Shown here: positions 61,235 through 64,000 of the stretch, piece after piece
How positions within the stretch are numbered: the stretch's first letter is position 1
How the letters are laid out: every line of letters begins with the position of its first letter
From: Pseudobdellovibrionaceae bacterium
GTDB taxonomy: Bacteria; Bdellovibrionota; Bdellovibrionia; Bdellovibrionales; UBA1609
Direction: 5' to 3'
Assembly: GCA_030591685.1 (NCBI GenBank)
Contig: JAUVAX010000010.1
Span: 1 to 64,000 of the forward strand
DNA: 64,000 bases
Program-made: the position numbers and the translations under genes
The notes under the pieces: generated by a model
The model's input: only the letters and a program-made list of their open reading frames with translations
Databases searched by the model: none
Told to the model about the DNA's origin: nothing

Positions 61235-62260
61235 GCCATCACTGAGTTCATTAATGGCTTGGATGAAAAAATCTATATCTTGTTTTGTGGTGTCAAAAGA
61301 GCACATCCATCTAAGGGTCCAATTTGTTTCGTCCCAAACATAGAAAAAGCATTTATTTTTTAAGGGCTTTATCCAGGCCCTAGGCACTGAGGGGAAAACA
61401 CTGTTGGCTTGCACAGGGTGTTTAATTTTAATTTTTTTAAAGGGTTCAAGTTTTTGAAGTAAATATTTGGCCATACTGTGTTCGTGCCCTGCTATTTCAG
61501 GCCAAAGTTCAAACAGCTTTATAAATTGAGCCGCTAAAAACCTTGATTTACTTGGCAGTTGCATGGCTTGTTTACGTAAAAATTTAAAGTCTTTGGCTAA
61601 ATCTTTATTAAAAAATACGACCGCCTCCCCGAAAAGTAGTCCATTTTTTGTTCCACCAAAAGAAAGAGCATCGGGTTGAGCTATGTTTGTCAGTTCAAGA
61701 AGCGTTAAATTTAAATAGTGTGCGGCTAAGATATATCGTGCTCCATCGATATGTAGCTTTAATGAGTGCTTGAGGCATGTTTTTTTTATATCTTGAAGTT
61801 CTTCAATACTGTAAACGGTGCCCACTTCTGTGGGCTGAGTGATGGAGACACATCCAGGCTGGGTATGGTGCTGATCGCCTAGCCGAGTGAGTTTTTCTTC
61901 GATCTGTGGTGCGGTTAGTTTACCGTCAACACTTTTAATGACTTCAAGTTTACAACCAATAATGGCCTCAGGGGCCGCGCATTCATCTAAATTTAAATGT
62001 GATATATCTGTACAAATAACACTCTGGTAACTTTTTATAAGAGCTTTCAAACAAAGAACATTGGCTGCGGTGCCGTTGAAAACAAAAAAACTCTCTGACT
62101 GGCTACCGAAGTTTTTTTTAAAAAGTTTTAGAGCACATTTAGTAACACTGTCAGTGCCGTAACTAGGGGCATGGGAGTTATTAACATCGATAATAGATTT
62201 TAAAAATTCAGGATGAATACCAGAGTGATTGTCGCTGCCGAGTGATTTTTTAAAATGCAT
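61208..62260 (-). CDS. ltaE: Low-specificity L-threonine aldolase family
   Basis: SDNHSG, NGTAAN, HIDGAR, FGGTKNG. Confidence 0.88.
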   Translation of the reverse strand: MHFKKSLGSDNHSGIHPEFLKSIIDVNNSHAPSYGTDSVTKCALKLFKKNFGSQSESFFVFNGTAANVLCLKALIKSYQSVICTDISHLNLDECAAPEAIIGCKLEVIKSVDGKLTAPQIEEKLTRLGDQHHTQPGCVSITQPTEVGTVYSIEELQDIKKTCLKHSLKLHIDGARYILAAHYLNLTLLELTNIAQPDALSFGGTKNGLLFGEAVVFFNKDLAKDFKFLRKQAMQLPSKSRFLAAQFIKLFELWPEIAGHEHSMAKYLLQKLEPFKKIKIKHPVQANSVFPSVPRAWIKPLKNKCFFYVWDETNWTLRWMCSFDTTKQDIDFFIQAINELSDGSADGLNEL

Positions 62261-63194
62261 AAGCGTTCATATAGCTATAAATAATTTGCGCCGCTAATTT
62301 ACTAGTACGATCGTCTAAATCAAGTGGTGGTGAGACTTCGTAAATACCAAGTGAGATAACATCGAGATGGCTAAGTAAGGCTTTGAAAAGTGGGAAAAAC
62401 ATTTCAGCAGTAAAACCGTTGGGCCAGGATTGACTACAGCCCATGGCTACGCTTGAAGAAAAGCAGTCAATATCTACGCTTATAAAGGTGGGGCGTTTTT
62501 TTTCTAACCAAGGTTGGAGCTCTTTAAGTATAAACTCAGTGCAGTTAAGGGGGCTATCTTGGATTGAGTTAAACTCAATAATCTTCGCACCCCTTTCTTT
62601 GCACCAGGAGTAGTGATTTAAACTATTGCATTGGGGTTGAATACCAATTTGTGCAAGATCAAATGAGGTTTCGTCATTGTAAAGTCTGTAAAAAGGGGTG
62701 CCACTGGAGAGGCCAGACTCTGAAGGTCGAACATCCAGGTGCGCATCGAAATTAAGAATAAGGGGCTTTTGGCCTTGTGTGCTTGTGTGTTTTAAAAAAG
62801 CACTTCCGTCAGGGTATCCATAATCATGACCTCCACCAATAGAGACCCACCTATGGCCTTTTTTTAAGTATTCATAGGAAGTGTTTTTTACGAACTCATG
62901 TCGTGATAAAAGGTCTAGGGAGGGGGTATTTAAATTACCCAGTTCATAAAGGGGTCTTGTTGATTTTTTAAACCCCGGGGTCATACGGTACAGTTGCTCG
63001 CGCACATGTTGGGGCCCGAGGTGGGCTCCTGGGCGGCCGTTATTAATTTTAATCCCTTCATCGTCAGGGTATCCGGCAAGTACAAGCCCAGGGCTATCTT
63101 GAGCAGACGTTGTGGGGGTTATTAAGTTGGCCAAGCGAGGATCTAGGTGGCTGGGATGCTGAGAGTATTTGCTTTCGGTGGGCAAAATAAACAT
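62250..63194 (-). CDS. hutG: Formimidoylglutamase (arginase family)
   Basis: DEGIKINNGRPGA, GGGHD, DAHLD, SSGTPF, DIDC. Confidence 0.9.
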   Translation of the reverse strand: MFILPTESKYSQHPSHLDPRLANLITPTTSAQDSPGLVLAGYPDDEGIKINNGRPGAHLGPQHVREQLYRMTPGFKKSTRPLYELGNLNTPSLDLLSRHEFVKNTSYEYLKKGHRWVSIGGGHDYGYPDGSAFLKHTSTQGQKPLILNFDAHLDVRPSESGLSSGTPFYRLYNDETSFDLAQIGIQPQCNSLNHYSWCKERGAKIIEFNSIQDSPLNCTEFILKELQPWLEKKRPTFISVDIDCFSSSVAMGCSQSWPNGFTAEMFFPLFKALLSHLDVISLGIYEVSPPLDLDDRTSKLAAQIIYSYMNAYAF

Positions 63195-63196
63195 TA

Positions 63197-63772
63197 TTAT
63201 TTTTTATTCACCGGAAGAAGATTGATGGTTCTAATCTTTTTTCCAGTAAGATTAAACACGGTGAGACTTAAGAGGCCATTAACAACTTGGATCCTTCCGG
63301 ATCCGCTGGAGAAGTTATCTGTAAAAATTATGGGCCATGATTTTTTAACCTCGTTAGGAGAAATATGATACTTAATAACTTTGTTAAGTTTAGGGGGAAG
63401 TGAGGTCGGCGTGGCTCCCGTGGTGTAATAATTAAGTGTGTTGAAGTCTTTAAAAACAAAATATTCAGAAAAAGGGGATCGCCAGGCCCCTAATATTTTT
63501 TTTAAACCAATGTATTTAATGGCGACCAATTTTACAGTTTGGTTAATAATATTTACATTGCCTTCACCATTAATGTAATCTCCGGAGCTGAGGCTGTTAA
63601 TGCTTTTTTTAATGCCGTTTGAGTTTGCTGAAATAATAAATGGAGTTTTGTAGTCCTCTAATTGGACGCAGGCTTTATGATCAATAAACTTAATTGTGCC
63701 TTTTATGGTGGCAGCAAGAGAGCAAAGGGGCGCAATTAAAATTGCTGCGGCAAGTAAATTTTTAATTTTCAT
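63197..63772 (-). CDS. Secreted hypothetical protein
   Basis: Signal peptide; first gene of the hutG-ltaE run. Confidence 0.65.
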   Translation of the reverse strand: MKIKNLLAAAILIAPLCSLAATIKGTIKFIDHKACVQLEDYKTPFIISANSNGIKKSINSLSSGDYINGEGNVNIINQTVKLVAIKYIGLKKILGAWRSPFSEYFVFKDFNTLNYYTTGATPTSLPPKLNKVIKYHISPNEVKKSWPIIFTDNFSSGSGRIQVVNGLLSLTVFNLTGKKIRTINLLPVNKK

Positions 63773-63850
63773 GTGTGGAAATTAATAGAAACCTCGCAAA
63801 AAATCAAAGGTTTATTAAGTTTAAGTTAAAAGGGCCTGCTGAACATTGCG

Positions 63851-64000
63851 TTAAACATCCACTCCACGCTTTGAAAAAACACTTTTTAGAGCCTCAAGGT
63901 GTGAGAGAGGGTAAAGCCCGACATGATCCCAGATGAGCTTTTTAAGCGCCTCTTTAGGGGTGAGCTTTTCAACGGTGACGAAGCGGTCATAAATATTGGC
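63851..64000 (-). CDS. C-terminal end of a probable HD-GYP/HD domain protein (partial)
   Basis: Manual translation ANIYDRFVTVEKLTPKEALKKLIWDHVGLYPLSHLEALKSVF...stop resembles HD-GYP C-terminal helices. Confidence 0.55.
   Translation of the reverse strand, partial: ANIYDRFVTVEKLTPKEALKKLIWDHVGLYPLSHLEALKSVFSKRGVDV

Overview
AT-rich, gene-dense bacterial chromosomal window. The gene families suggest a Bdellovibrionota-like organism (inference): Lys-rich H1-like/SWIB protein, HDOD and HD-GYP-type signalling, many secreted hypotheticals and FliA-like promoters. Content is mostly housekeeping: scoA/thiolase, miaB, guaB-guaA, tRNA-Arg(UCG), queF, trmH, ctaA, purK-purE, dusC, fumC, ettA, map, ahcY, greB, ltaE, hutG. 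I saw no integrase, transposase, CRISPR array or rRNA. The most interesting observations are: (1) a secreted protein with a complete PD-(D/E)XK nuclease motif set; (2) an MltF-like lipoprotein whose catalytic Glu is replaced by Leu; (3) a formyltransferase-polysaccharide deacetylase fusion; (4) a J-domain gene split at a C9 tract; (5) several proteins with H1-like Lys-rich tails; (6) a candidate multi-stem RNA in a ~660-nt intergenic region upstream of a cNMP-binding/AI-2E/beta-barrel operon; (7) a tRNA-Arg with UCG anticodon. All calls come from motif recognition by eye; no searches were run.
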